DNA of 64,000 bases, taken from the NCBI RefSeq assembly GCF_963921235.1, contig NC_086097.1:130450001-130514000 (forward strand), given 5' to 3'. Of the stretch, positions 37,027 to 49,240 are shown one piece after another (the stretch's first letter is position 1; every line of letters starts with the position of its first letter). The notes under the pieces are model-generated. The model saw only the letters and a program-made list of their open reading frames with translations. It made no database searches and was not told the origin of the DNA. The DNA is from Mobula hypostoma. Lineage: Eukaryota. The position numbers and the translations under genes were made by a program.

Positions 37027-38417
37027 AATGCATCAATTAAGGAAGAATATTGAGGCCTAATAGCTATTTATCAGGGACTGGCCTTATTCAATCAGGCTCC
37101 ACTTTAACAATGAAATTAATCAATTTTATGAAGTTTTAAAGTTATTTATAATTCTTACAGATTAGGGAAAGTTCCGCTAGCAAGTACATAACAAATTAAA
37201 ATGATCGCTACATCAGTCGGGGCACCATGAAGAGATTTTTATTTTTATTATCCATAAGGTTGTCAGAGCCCAGAATGTTTTACCACAAGGGCGGTTGTGG
37301 CAGAAACCATTGCATTCTTTATGAAAAAAATGGATAAATATTTGAAGCGTAAGATTCGTGACGGGGATTTTATTTTGGACAGCTCTTGTGAAGTCTGTAT
37401 TGTCACAGGAGAAGCAGTTTCATTCCTTCCTCCCTTCAAAGATGCAATTAATTTCAAGTTTGTATATTCCCATTAAAGTTCAAATAACACTTTCCTTCTG
37501 GCAAAGGGAAACTTAATTAAGAAGTTTACGATTTTTTCCTTGAAAAAAACATGCCTTACTGGCCAAGATGTGAGTAACACTTAAAACATTTTTCCACTAT
37601 TGACCCAATGGAAACTCAAACGTATATTTTGTTCAGTCTGACACTGTGCCCATTCCAAGGTGTCTGGGTGGACATCTCTCACTTTTGAAATCAGAAACAA
37701 CATTTCTAATGGAGTAACAGCTACTTATCCTTGATGCGTCGGTAATTGGTTCTATGTGTCATGAGAGCTTATGTTAGAATCGCTTGAAGCCAACAGATCA
37801 CCGTGATTGTTTTTACCTGGCCCAGGAACGTCAACAGTTAGCTATGGAGCAGCTTAAGTCCTGGTGAGAGTGTTGATCTTTAATCAAGTCTTCCATTCTT
37901 TCTGAATCTGAATTATAGTGGGATCTATAAAAACTGTGTGACTCCCTCCCACCCTACCTTATTAAATAAAGCTAACACTCTGGGTGTTGACATTACACTA
38001 TTCAATTTCCATCAATAAGAACATGTACTGCTGATTTATTTTGCCACACAAAGCCAGACCACTGCTTCATTTTCTGAAAGAATTCTCCTAACCTCCTTGG
38101 CAGAACTGCAATAGAATCCTCTGAAGAAATAAAAACTGTAGGCTGTGTACATGGATATTGGGATCCATGTAGAAAGCAATCCAGGAAAGCAGGTTAAAAT
38201 AAGAACATGTCAGCTCCCTGTGGCTTTAAAATGGCTTTCCATTTTTTTTTGCAGGGAACCCTTTACTGCTAAATACAGCCACATTTATGAGCAACAACTT
38301 AGTTGAAATTCAGTTTCTAGATAAAAATTGCCTGCAATGTCACTTCCCCACAAGCAAACACAATCTGCTGCCAATCCACCAGCCTAACTCCCGTAAATAT
38401 TATGGCTTCTGAATTTA

Positions 38418-38615
38418 GGCACAAGGGATTCTGCAGATACAGGGAATCTTGAGCCACACACACAAACTGCTGGAGGAACTCTGCAGCTCAGGCAGCATCT
38501 GTGGAGGGAAATGAGTGGTCGACATTATGGGCCATGACCTGTAATGTCAACTCTTCACTTATCTCCATAGATGCCTCTTGACCTGCTGAGTTCCTCCAGC
38601 ATTTTGTGTGTGTGG
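38418..38615. mobile_element. Inverted-arm PLE mini-insertion
   Basis: Left arm with tail (acaagggattctgcagatac...cacacacaaactgctggaggaactc) is inverted to the right arm (...gagttcctccagcattttgtgtgtgtgg). Flanks ggcttctgaattta (38404-38417) and ggtttgtgaattta (38616-38629) are 12/14 identical. Confidence 0.75.
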
Positions 38616-39711
38616 GGTTTGTGAATTTATTGGTCTCAGTCATCACCCCACCCCCTGATTATTTCAAAGAACAATTAGGAGTCTGCATGTACTGTTTCTT
38701 AGAAACAAAGCACAAAAGCGATTGGTTTAAAAATTATGGTTATTTCAAGTGCACGTGTTTGTGGTATTACACTAAGACACAAAGGGCCTTGTTGATCACA
38801 GCCGAGCAAATCCTAGCCTGCAAATTTTAGTTTGAATAAAAACTTTCAAGCTGAGAGTTGGGGTTCAGTGGGTTGGGGGCGGTAACTGAACTCCTGATTG
38901 GGGCTTGTGCAGCGGTTGACAGAGAGAGGGGAGGATTGAGACTGGTTTCAGATCAGAGAAGGAGAAGGACTGTGACTGCTACCTTGGATTGGAAAGTGCT
39001 GGGGTGGTAGAATGTTTGATGCAAGAAGGCTTATGATCCAGGAGGAGGGAAAGAGAGCCACAGAGTCAACGTTGGCCCGTGATACGGGAGGATAACTTTG
39101 GACTGTAGCGAATCATTTTGGACAATGTTGAGGTGAGAGTAGGTGGTGAATGGGCGAATGTCAGATCAACCCATTCCAAATCCCCATATAATCCTCCAAA
39201 AGGAAGGCAGAGGCTGACTTCATCACGTGGCCTTCTAATATGCAGAGGTTCCTCACACCCTGGCATGCCAAATTAAATTTTAAGAAAGAGATGAACTGAC
39301 AAGGAAATTGTCACCATTGTATTTCACTCCATTATATACTGCCTTTGAATTGGTAGCAGTAAAAGAGAGAAGTACTGTGCAATTGATTCTCAGGGCTGTA
39401 ATGTCTTTAGGTTGGTGGGCGAGGAACAGTGTTTCTGCTCGTGGGCAAGTGACATTACATGCAACATCAAATTGGTAAATTAGTATATTGTTCTCATATG
39501 TACAGAGATACAGCAGAAAGCTTGTCCTGCATACTATCTATGCAGATTCAATTCATTGCAATGGCACATTGAGGTAGCAAAAGGTAAACCCATAACAAAG
39601 TGCAGAATAAAGTACAGAGATAATGCTGTGCTGGTAGACAGGAAGGTGCAAGTTTATAACAAGATAGATTGAGAGCCAAGAGTCCATCTTATCATCTCCA
39701 TCTCATCCAGT

Positions 39712-40703
39712 GTCCCTGACCACTACAACTGCAAGAAGTGCTTCCAGCTGCAGCTTCTAACAAACCACATTAAGGAGTTGGAGCTGGAACTGAATGAACT
39801 CCGGATTATTTGGAAGGCTGAGGGGTGATATATAGAGATAAGACATACAGAGAGGAAGTTACACCCAAGGTGCAGGACACAGGAAACTGAGTAGCAGTCA
39901 GCAAGGGGAAAGGAGTTAAGGAACCAGTGCAGAGTATCCCTGTGGCCACCCCCTTAACAAAAAGTATATCACTTTGGGTGCTTTGGGTTCTGTTCCGAAA
40001 AGAGGAAAATCACAGTGCTGCAAATGGACTTGGGTGTCCTTGTGCAGGATTCCCTGAAGATTAATTTGCAGGTTGAGTCTGTGGTGAGGAAGGCAAATGC
40101 AATGCTAGCATTAATCTCAAGAGAACTAGAACATAAAAGCATGGATTTAATGTTGAAACTTTATAAAGCTCCAGTGAAGTGCTCTCTTGGAGTACTGTGA
40201 ACAGGTTTGGGCCCCTTACAAAGGATGAGCTGAAATTGGAGAGGGTTCAAAGGAGGTTCACGAAAATGATTCCATATGAATCATGGCTTGTCATATGAAG
40301 AGTGTTTGATGGCTCTGGGCCTGTATTCACTAGAATTCAGAAGAATGAGGGGTGACTTCATTGAATCCTATCGAATGGTGAAAGGCCTTGATGGAATGGA
40401 TGAGGAGAGGATGCTTCCCATGGTAGGAGAATCAAAGACCAGAGGACACAGCCTTAGAATAGAGGGGTGTCCTTTCAGAATGGAGATGAGGAAGAATTTC
40501 TTTAGCCGTAAAGTGTGGAGGCCAAGTCTTTATGTATACTTAGGCAGAGGTTGATAGATTCTTGATTGGTCAGGGCATGAAGGGATACGGGGAGAAGACA
40601 AAGAGATTGGGGCAGAGAGGAAAATTGGATCAGCCTTGATGAAGTGGTGCAGCAGACACAATGGCCCAATAGCCTAATTCTGTTCCTGTATCTTATGGTC
40701 TTA
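39712..40703 (+). mobile_element. CR1-clade LINE with a large internal deletion (ORF1-like piece joined to the ORF2 3' end)
   Basis: YNCKKCFQLQLLTNHIKELELELNELR (ORF1-like), then DLGVLVQDSLK...KANAML and LSYEECLMALGLYSLEFRRMRGDFIE...TRGHSL, plus the CR1 tail. Confidence 0.85.
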
Positions 40704-42540
40704 TATACAATAATCTTATAATTGAGGATAGAAACTGTTCTTGAGCCCTGTAGTACATTCTTTCTGGTTTTTTCTTATCTTCTATCTGATAAAAAGGGGG
40801 AAATTAGAGAATGTCCAGGGTGGGTGGGATCTTTGATTATGTCAGCTACTTTACTGAAGCTGTAAGAAGTGTAGACTGACTCCATGGAGGGGAGACTAGT
40901 TTTTGAGATGTGCTGAGCTGTGTCCACAACTCTCTGCAGTTTCTTGTGGTCATGGGGAGAGCTGCTGCCATACTAAGGATACTCCTTATGGTGACTGATA
41001 CCCAGAATTAGGATTGCACCTAATGTTGGTGCTTTAATACACCTTATTTAGCACTAACTGTTTCCTTAGAAATAAAATACAAAGTTTTCAAAAACAGCCT
41101 GAAATGTTGGGGTGGATTGCATCCAGAAACAAAGTATAAAACAGGACATCTGGAAATCCCATTAGACCCTGCTAAACTGCATGCATCTCCTGACACTTCT
41201 GGAATAACTACTGAAGAAGGGCATCAACGCAGTCCCCATGGCTGCCATGGAAGAGAATGTGGTTGCCTATTCGGGGGAGGAGTCTATTCTGCAACTATAC
41301 AATTGAATTGTGATTCCTGGTCAACAAGGCACTGCAATAGGAAGGGCTGATGCACTGTGCAGGGTTGAGAAACGGCCAGAAGATCTGCCAGTCCCACCAT
41401 GTGAAGAGGCTCCAGTAGTCTGTTCCAGCAGTAAGAAACACCACACGAGGAAGCAATGCAGAAAGAAATTGCATGCCCTCCAGGATGTTTCAGGAAGAAC
41501 CCAAGTCTTTACACCTCTAGGATGGAAATTTTCACAAAAATATGTTTTATGCAGGAGTCTGTGATCCGGGAGTGTTTCCATACTTCAAAAGATGCGGAGA
41601 TATATAGAGATCACAGATCTGTTCATGTGTGTTATAAGCAGTGCAGGTGGAACTGCAAAGCAGGTGTGCAGGATTATTGCTTATCATCCATTTGATCTCC
41701 AGTGTACCATACTGGTGTTGAGGATTATGTTGTGAAGTGGGTCACTGTTTATATTGGGATACATTATTTTACAGGCTTATTAGCAGAAGGTCTCCTCGTT
41801 TCTGGTGCTCTCCGTGATCTGCTTGAAGTCCCTCAAACATCGAGTCTCCTATCTGTCCTTCTGTCTGCAGCTACATCAGGCAGTTTGCTAGACTATGTAG
41901 CAGTCGCCATGGGTGTGAACTTAGTGTGACTTGCGAGGCACCTCCGGATGACTGTAGTCAACAAGATCTCAACTTTAAGAGACCTATGGCATTGTGAAAT
42001 CACATAACACAGGAACAGGCACTTTGCTTCACCGTATCCATGCTGACTGTCAGGTACCTATTGATACAAAATGTCTGCCCAGGGATAGACCATTTAACCC
42101 ACGATGTCATGCCAAATTAATTATACCTAATCCCTTCCTTGAACATAGTCGATGTTCCCCTAATCTCTGCACATTCATGTGCCTAAGAACCTCCTAAGTG
42201 CCTCTATTGTACTTGTCTCCATCAGAACCCCTAGCAGTGCATTCCAGGCACCCACCACTTTGTGTGTAAAAACTTGCACCGCACGTCATCTTGTCACCTA
42301 CAATGCATTCCTTTCTGCGTTAGGTATTTTGACCCTGGGAAAATGATACCGACTGCCCAAATGCCTACTCTATCAGTGCCTATCATAATGTTCTAAAGTT
42401 CTAACAAGTCTCCCCTCAGGCTTCGCCGCTCCAGAGAAAACAACCATAGTTTGCCCCACCTCCAAATTGATGATGTACATGGTTCTTTTAATATCTGTGT
42501 TCAGCTGCTGTGGTTCAAAACTGTACTGCATTAAGGTGAC

Positions 42541-44643
42541 ACACATCAAAGTTGCTGGTGAAAGCAGCAGGCCAGGCAGCATCTCTAGGAAGAGGTACAG
42601 TGCTGCGTTCACCAGCAACTTTGTTTTTTTTTAATTTTATTTTTATTTGGATAAGGAATTCACAATTATCATGTACTTTTTTCACACATATAACCTTTTC
42701 CATTTTTTTATATGTATAAAACTACAATTATTTATACATTCTTAAGTACACATTGAGATGATATAAAAGGAAAATAAACATTTAAATAGATAATTATGTA
42801 CTGTGGTAAATCTAACCTATTAGGCTAAGTAATGAAATTAGTTGTTAAGAAAAATGGTAATAATAGTTTCCATACAACCCTCTGGACCATTTCCACTGGT
42901 CCAAAATGTTGCATACAAGCCTATATACCAACCATTGTAGGTGTTTATATCCCAATTTGTTCGTGCTTGTTCCTGCCCACAGACATAATTATCCAATCCC
43001 TATGTACTTATTTACTTAATTTTTTCATTTTTTTTTATCCCTTTCCCAAATCTTTCCCTTTACTTGTGTTAATTCTCTATTTTCCAAAAAAAAACAAACA
43101 TTTAGACTAGGGGTGCTTACGTTAGCAATATTACTGTGTTGATGAGAAGAGCAATATAAATCATTAGGAGAGTCATCTAAAGTCTGCTCGCATTGGGGTT
43201 ATATATTCAATCCATTTATTCCAGATTTGATAAAATGTTTCTTTTTGAGTTCTCAGGGAGTAAGTCAACTTTTCCATTTTAAATATTTCCAAGATAATTT
43301 CATACCAATCTTCTAATGTAGGTGGTATTGGATTTAGCCATTTTCTAGTGATTGATTTCTTTCTTGCCGCTAAGAGGGCCTGCAGCAACTTTATATCTTC
43401 CTTCTGTTCAAGGAACAATACATGCCCCAAATAGAGCGTCTCAAAGTTCAGAGGTATCTGGGACCTAAGTACCTTAACTAATGTTCTATGAATACCTTCC
43501 CAAAATAGACTTAATTTAGGGCAATCCCAGAAAATATGAAAATGATTTGCCTCCTTGGAGCCGCACCTTCTCCAACACATCACATTTGTATCTTTATATT
43601 TTTCCTGATATGGGGTCTTGAAGTATCTTATAATGTTTTTCCAACAATGCTCTCTCCAAGTCAAAGAATTAGTCGAGGACCATTGAAAGCAGCAGATTTT
43701 CCCCCAAGCCTCCTCTGAAAGTACCAACCCCGCTTCTTTCTCCCACTTCTCTTTAATATACAGTGTATTTACATTTTTAGCATGGGAGAGTGCATTATAT
43801 AGGCGAGAAACTGATTTACTAGGTATTGAACTGCAAGCCAAATTCAGAATCTTGAAAAATTCTAATTCTACTGTTGATAGGTCTGTATATCTACAACTCT
43901 GGTTAACATAGTTTCGTATTTGAAGGTACCCAAAAAAGTCATTATGTTCTAGGCCATGTTTGTCCTGCAGGATTTGGAAACTTTGTAATACTCTTTTATC
44001 TATAAATGAGAGGTAGGTTGTAAGACCTTTCTTTATCCATAGCTCAAATCTTTTATCTCCTCTGTTGGGAAGGAATTCGGTATCATATGCACACCATCTA
44101 AAGAGTTTTAACATGTTATTAATTCCACATGAATTAACCACCTTCTGCCATACTTTTAATGTAAGATTTATCCAAGCATTATTAAATTTTTCCAACTGGG
44201 CCATCAATCCTTTGTCAGCTATTGAGGCCTGAAGAGGAAAACTGTCAACTAATCCAAATTCTATTTCCTTCCATCTAGCCTTATATTCCCTATTACACCA
44301 ATATAACAGAGGGGTTATCTGTGAGGCATAAAAATAATTTCTCAGGCAAGGAAGAACCATACCTCCTCCTTCCTTCCCTAACTGTAAGGTGTTATATCGA
44401 ATTCTAGGTTTCCTTCCTTGCCAAATGAAGCGGGAAATCCATTTGTCCCATTCCCTGAATTGATTATCATCCACCTCCACTGGTAAAGTACGGAAAAGAT
44501 ATAATAACCGAGGAAGAATATTCATTTTTATAGTATTTATCCTTGAATTTAAACTTAAAAAGGGGATAAGATTCCATCTGTGCTCACCAGCAACTTTGAT
44601 GTGTGTTGCTTGAATTTCCAGCATCTGCAGAATTCCTGTTGTT
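42541..44643. mobile_element. Young inverted-arm PLE mini-insertion (about 130 bp) split by an L1
   Basis: Left arm 42541-42600 is inverted to the right arm (42601-42623 plus 44599-44643). Perfect 14 bp direct repeat tgcattaaggtgac at 42527-42540 and 44644-44657. Nearly identical to 58726-58890. Confidence 0.88.
42624..44583 (-). mobile_element. Young 5'-truncated L1-clade LINE (1.96 kb)
   Basis: Open ORF2 C-terminus, about 550 bp 3' UTR, AATAAA twice and A9 on the minus strand. Perfect 15 bp TSD tcaccagcaactttg at 42609-42623 and 44584-44598. Confidence 0.93.
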
Positions 44644-44648
44644 TGCAT
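43173..44648 (-). pseudogene. L1 ORF2 C-terminal region (about 470 open codons) with a fortuitous in-frame ATG and about 21 aa from flanking PLE/TSD sequence
   Basis: LSLNSRINTIKMNILPRLLYLF, FIWQGRKPRI..LQL.KEGGG..LP and the CCHC knuckle CWRRC...HFHIFWDC are typical of fish-type L1 ORF2. The endonuclease and RT core are absent. Confidence 0.88.
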
Positions 44649-45539
44649 TAAGGTGACTCCATTTCATTCCATCAGATGCTTCATAGATTGGTATGGCAAC
44701 TATTCTGCCCAGATTACGAGAGGGAGTTTTGGGCATAGCTCAACACATCACAAGAATTGGCCTCCCCTCCATGGACTCCGACTACATTTCTCACTGCCTT
44801 GATAAAGTAACACAACAAAGCCCACACCAACCCCAGAAATTCTCTCTGCTCCCAATTCCACTGGGCAGAAGGTACAAAAGCACGTACCATCAGGCTCAAG
44901 GACACTGTAGGTCCTGCTGTTATAAAAGAATTGAATAGTCGCCTTGTACAATATGATGGACTTTGACTTCACAAAGTTTTTCATTGAACAGCATTACATA
45001 TGACAATCACCAATTTACAAAATACACTGCCTGGGTGATCAAAGCCGCAATGAGAAAAAAACAGAGAAACATGGCAGATCCATGTGGTCAAGAGAAGGTG
45101 AGGAGGTTGAAGGCCGAGGTGAAACTGAGCATTGACTTCCAGAGACAGAACAGACCAAGCACCATTGTGAGATTGAAGACTTTGCCCTGAACGGCACACA
45201 ACTTTGCAGTGACAGACTGGGGAAGTCTGAGACTCTACAGCACATTGTCCAACAGAGAGGGCCTTGGAGCAACGGACAATCTACTGAAGTAACTCAGTGG
45301 ATCAAGCAGCATCAATTGTTCCTTTCCTCTCATAAATTCTATGGGTGGAATCCTGCATCAAGCTTGGGAGGATGTGGTAACTCCAAGTCCTCTGGGAGAA
45401 GGATTTTCACTGCCCTTGCCTCCTGCTTACAATCCCTGGCACTCCCTGAGTTTTAACGCATTGTTGTAATGATGATTTCAGTCATGTACAGTTGACAGGG
45501 GTGTCAGTTAAAAAGCAAACCTAAATCTACTTGGCGTCT

Positions 45540-45890
45540 GGGGCAGCATGCTGGCATAGAGGTTCGCACAATGCTTTGCAGTGCAGGTGATCTGGGTTCA
45601 ATTCCTGCTGCTGCCTGTAAGGAGCTTGGCCATTCTCCCCATAACCGTGAGGAGCTTGGCCATTCTCTCCATGACTGTGAGGAGCTTGGCCATTCTCCCC
45701 ATGACTGCATGGGTTTCCCCCAGTTGCTCTGGTTCCCTCTCATAGTCCAAAGACCTACAGGTTGCTAGGTTAATTAGTCATTGTAACTTCTCCCATGATT
45801 ACGCTAGGATTAAATCGGGGGATTGTTGGGTGCTGTGGCTCGAAGGGTCAGAGAAGGGCCTATTCCGTGCTGTATTTCAATAGATAGATA
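45540..45890 (+). mobile_element. tRNA-derived V-SINE (HE1-like)
   Basis: B-box-like gggttcaattcc, V-domain ...gcatgggtttcc...agtccaaagac, tail gaagggcctattccgtgctgtatttcaa followed by (TAGA)n. Confidence 0.8.
45617..45706 (+). repeat. 3 x 30 bp tandem repeat inside the V-SINE
   Basis: The unit gtgaggagcttggccattctccccatgact is repeated head to tail with few substitutions and no spacers. Confidence 0.92.
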
Positions 45891-46184
45891 GATAGGTAGA
45901 ATAGAAGATAAGAGAACAGCATACTGTACACCTTTGAAACAGGGCTTTCACTCCATGATGCCTGTGCTGACCATAATCTTAAATTAAAATAATCTCACCT
46001 GCCTGCACATTCCCTTCATTCCCTGTTTGTTCATGTGTTATCTATTTGCCTCTTAAATACTGCTGTTAGATTTGATTTTAGCATCTCCCCTGGCATCATG
46101 TTCAGTATACCTACCATTCTCAATGTAAAAATAAACTTGCCTCACATATCTCTTTTAAATTTTCTTCCTCTCACTTTAAATCTA

Positions 46185-46349
46185 CGAGGGGTGATTGATA
46201 AGTTCGTGGCCTACAGTAGAAGGAGATGAGTTATACAGCTCTCGTTACATACACGTGCAGTTCAACTCCTTGATTGATTATACAGAAAGTTTGAAGTTAA
46301 TAACTCATCTCCTTCTACCTTACGCCACGAACTTATCAATCACCCCTCA
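46185..46349. mobile_element. Mariner-type MITE, 165 bp
   Basis: About 50 bp TIRs cgaggggtgattgataagttcgtggc...gagatgagttat / ataactcatctc...gccacgaacttatcaatcacccctca. TA at 46183-46184 and 46350-46351. Interrupts a minus-strand CR1 remnant (about 45920-46680). Confidence 0.9.
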
Positions 46350-46943
46350 TATGTCCTCTAATTTTGGAAATATCCACACTGGAAAAAGGGAGACTATTTA
46401 CCTGAACAATGCCTCTCACATTTTTATAAACTTAACCTTACTCACCGATGATCTGGACAGAACAATCTCAAGTTTGTACCAACTCTCCTTATACAAAATA
46501 CACTCTAATCCAAGCAACATCCTGGTGAACCTGTTCTGCACCTTCCCCAAAGCCTCCACATCCTTCCTCTGCAGAGTAGAGCTGCACACAATTCTCGAAA
46601 TGTGGCCTAACCATAATTTTATGCAGCTGCAACATGACTTGTCAGCTTTTATACTTAATGCCCTGACCACATTATAAATCATCCTCAGCAGTAGCACAAT
46701 CTGTGGACTTCACAAGCTGCTTGATGTCCAGGTCACATCTCTTCTGCTCAACAGTGCTCTTTTAAATGGTCGATAAAGCAATTGGAATCATGGACTGTGA
46801 AATCACGTTACTGCTGTTTTGCTTGGGGTTTACGCCTTTCTTTCTTCCATGGCAATGAGATGTGATTGCAAAGGGTGGGAAGTTGAAAATATGAATTTTT
46901 GGTTAGCTATTTCCTATCATAAATGACAGATGACATGCAATGC

Positions 46944-47238
46944 AGAGGCCACAGTTTAAGAATAAGGGGTAGACAATTTAGAACGGAGTTGAGGAAAAAC
47001 TTTTTCACACAGAGTGTGTGGTTCTGTGGAATGCTCTGCCTCAGAAGGCAGTGGAGGCCAATTCTCTGGACTCCTTCAAGAAAGAGTTAGATTGAGCTCT
47101 TAAAGATAGCGGAGTGAAGGGACATGGGGAGAAGGCAGGAAAAGGGTACTGATTGTGGATGATCAGCCATGATCACAGTGAGTGGTGGTGCTGGCTCGAA
47201 GGGCTGAATGGCCTACTCCTGCACCTATTGTCTATTAT
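46944..47238 (+). mobile_element. CR1 LINE 3' end
   Basis: RGHSLRIRGR...RKNFFTQ..LWNALPQKAVEA and the tail gaagggctgaatggcctactcctgcacctattgtctat. Confidence 0.85.
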
Positions 47239-48099
47239 CTTTTTTCAATATGTGGTGGGAATATGGTAATAGTATGAAAGTAAACAATGCATCCCTTTAC
47301 ATTTCTCCATCACCTTCTACATAATAATTTGATCCATTAGAAAATAATGTGAACTTTTTATGAAGTATAAAAATTACTTTTTTTCCATTTTATAACTGAA
47401 TGCAGATTATAAAAGAGTTTGATGAGCTAAATATAGACATTCCTACATCCAAGTAAGAACACAACTGTAAGATAACCATTGATCTTCACAGGAAACATCT
47501 TCACCCATTGAGAGGTGAGATTGCCAATGAATTGAAACAAATGTCATCAATACACTGAAGGTCAATTTAGATATGAGCTGGAGGAAGAAGTCTAGAAGGA
47601 GATGATGATAGAAGGAAATGAAGTTGTGTGGGAAGAGTTCCTCATTAAGTGTAAACTCTGAATGGCTTAGTTTAGCTTATTGTTTTGTTTTGGTACAGTA
47701 AATTCCATACAACAAGTTAGGTAAATTCTATATAATACAAAAGTACATATGACTCATCTGAGTTTGACATCAATGTGGTACCAACACTATTTTAGAATGA
47801 GCTTAAGCCTTTTCAACCTGCTGAGCAGTGTTCAAAATGCAGCTAATTTAAATGTTTAGAGTGAGTCCACTCTAAACTCTCCACTCTCTCTAAATATTTA
47901 CATCTCAAATAAGAGTGAGACATTCTACACATTTGCACAGTAACATGCATTGTTTTTTTTTCCTATATATATTGATGATAACAGATCAAATATCTTTTGA
48001 TTTATATCTGATGTTCCTTTGTGATCTTGTACAAAACAGCTGATGCACATTTGATAGGCACTGGGCATCCCATTGCTCAGCAAATTCCTAACAATGTAT

Positions 48100-49240
48100 T
48101 AATATTGCTTTATTATTGTCATACGTACTGTGATACAGTGAAATGCTTTTGCTTTGCACACCATTCAGCCAGATTATGCAACACATAGCTAGAATTAAGG
48201 GAGTACGGTAACGGAATGTAGAATACAGTCAGCAGCCACTTTATTAGGTACAGGTGTACACCTGCTCATTAATGCAACTATCTAATCAGGCAATCATGTG
48301 GCAGCAACTCAATGCATAAAAGCACACAGACATGATCAAGAGGTTCAGTTGTTTTTCAGACCAAACAACAGAATGGGGAAAGAATATGATCTACATGATT
48401 TGACCGAGGTGATGCAGGTGCTAGAAGGGATGGTTTGATTATCTGAGAAACTGCTGATCTCCTGGGATTTTCAGGCATGACGGACTCTAGAGAAAGGTGT
48501 GAAAAAAAAAACAGTAAGCAGCAGTTCTGTGGGTGAAAACACAGGACTTGTTAACGAGAGAGGTCAGAAGGCAATGGTCAGACTGGTTCAAGTTGACAAG
48601 AAGGTGACAGTAACTCAAGTAACCACGTTACAACAGTGGTGTGCAGAAGAGCATTTCTGAACAGACATGTTGAACCTTGAAGTGGATGGGCTCATCAGCA
48701 GAAGACCACACCAAATTCCACTCCTATGGCTACCTTATTAGGTACAGGAGCTATCTAATAAAATGGCCTCTAAGTGTATAATGTTGCCGGTACAGACAAA
48801 GTGTTGTGCAAGTAGAAAAATAAGGTGCAAGAGCCACAGTGAGGTTGATGGGAGTTTACAAGTTCACCTTTCAGAGTCTGATAACAATGAGATAGTAGTT
48901 GTCCTTGAGTCTGGCAGTTCATGCTCTCGGGCTTTTGTACCTTTTGACCAATGAGAGAAGGGAGACGAGAAAATGGCTGGGTGAAAGGGGTCCTTGATTA
49001 CGTCGGCTACTTTCCCAAAGCAGTGGAAGGTATAGACAGAGTCAATGGAGAGAAGGGTGGTCTTTATAATGAGCTGAGCTGCATCCACGACTCTCTGCAA
49101 GTTACTTTTGTCTTGGGCAGAACAGTTGCCATACCAAACTGTGGTGTATTTACACAAATTGGTAAGAGTCATTGGAGACATGCTAAACTTCTTTAGCCTT
49201 CTGAGGAAGTAGAGGTGTTGATGTGCTTTCTTGGCTGGAC
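48100..49240 (-). mobile_element. Rex1-type LINE 3' fragment interrupted by a Tc1 derivative
   Basis: ORF 48864..49289 reads AKKAHQHLYFLRRLKKF...VWYGNCSAQD..LQRVV. Confidence 0.8.
48226..48776 (+). mobile_element. Internally deleted Tc1-like transposon
   Basis: TIRs cagtcagcagccactttattaggtac / tatctaataaaatggcctctaagtg with TA on both sides. N-terminal transposase remnants (ETADLLGFS, ERGQ..M.RLVQ.DKKVTVTQ, SISE.T). Confidence 0.85.

Noticed and set aside
38638..39454. Possible old solo LTR ending in GTGACA
   Set aside because: No convincing TG start or TSD; left uncalled.
41120..41960. GC-richer stretch with several short ORFs
   Set aside because: No motif I could assign; probably an old element and needs a tBLASTx search.
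45617..45706. 30 bp repeats resembling a CRISPR array
   Set aside because: Head-to-tail with no spacers, inside a eukaryotic SINE, and no cas genes.
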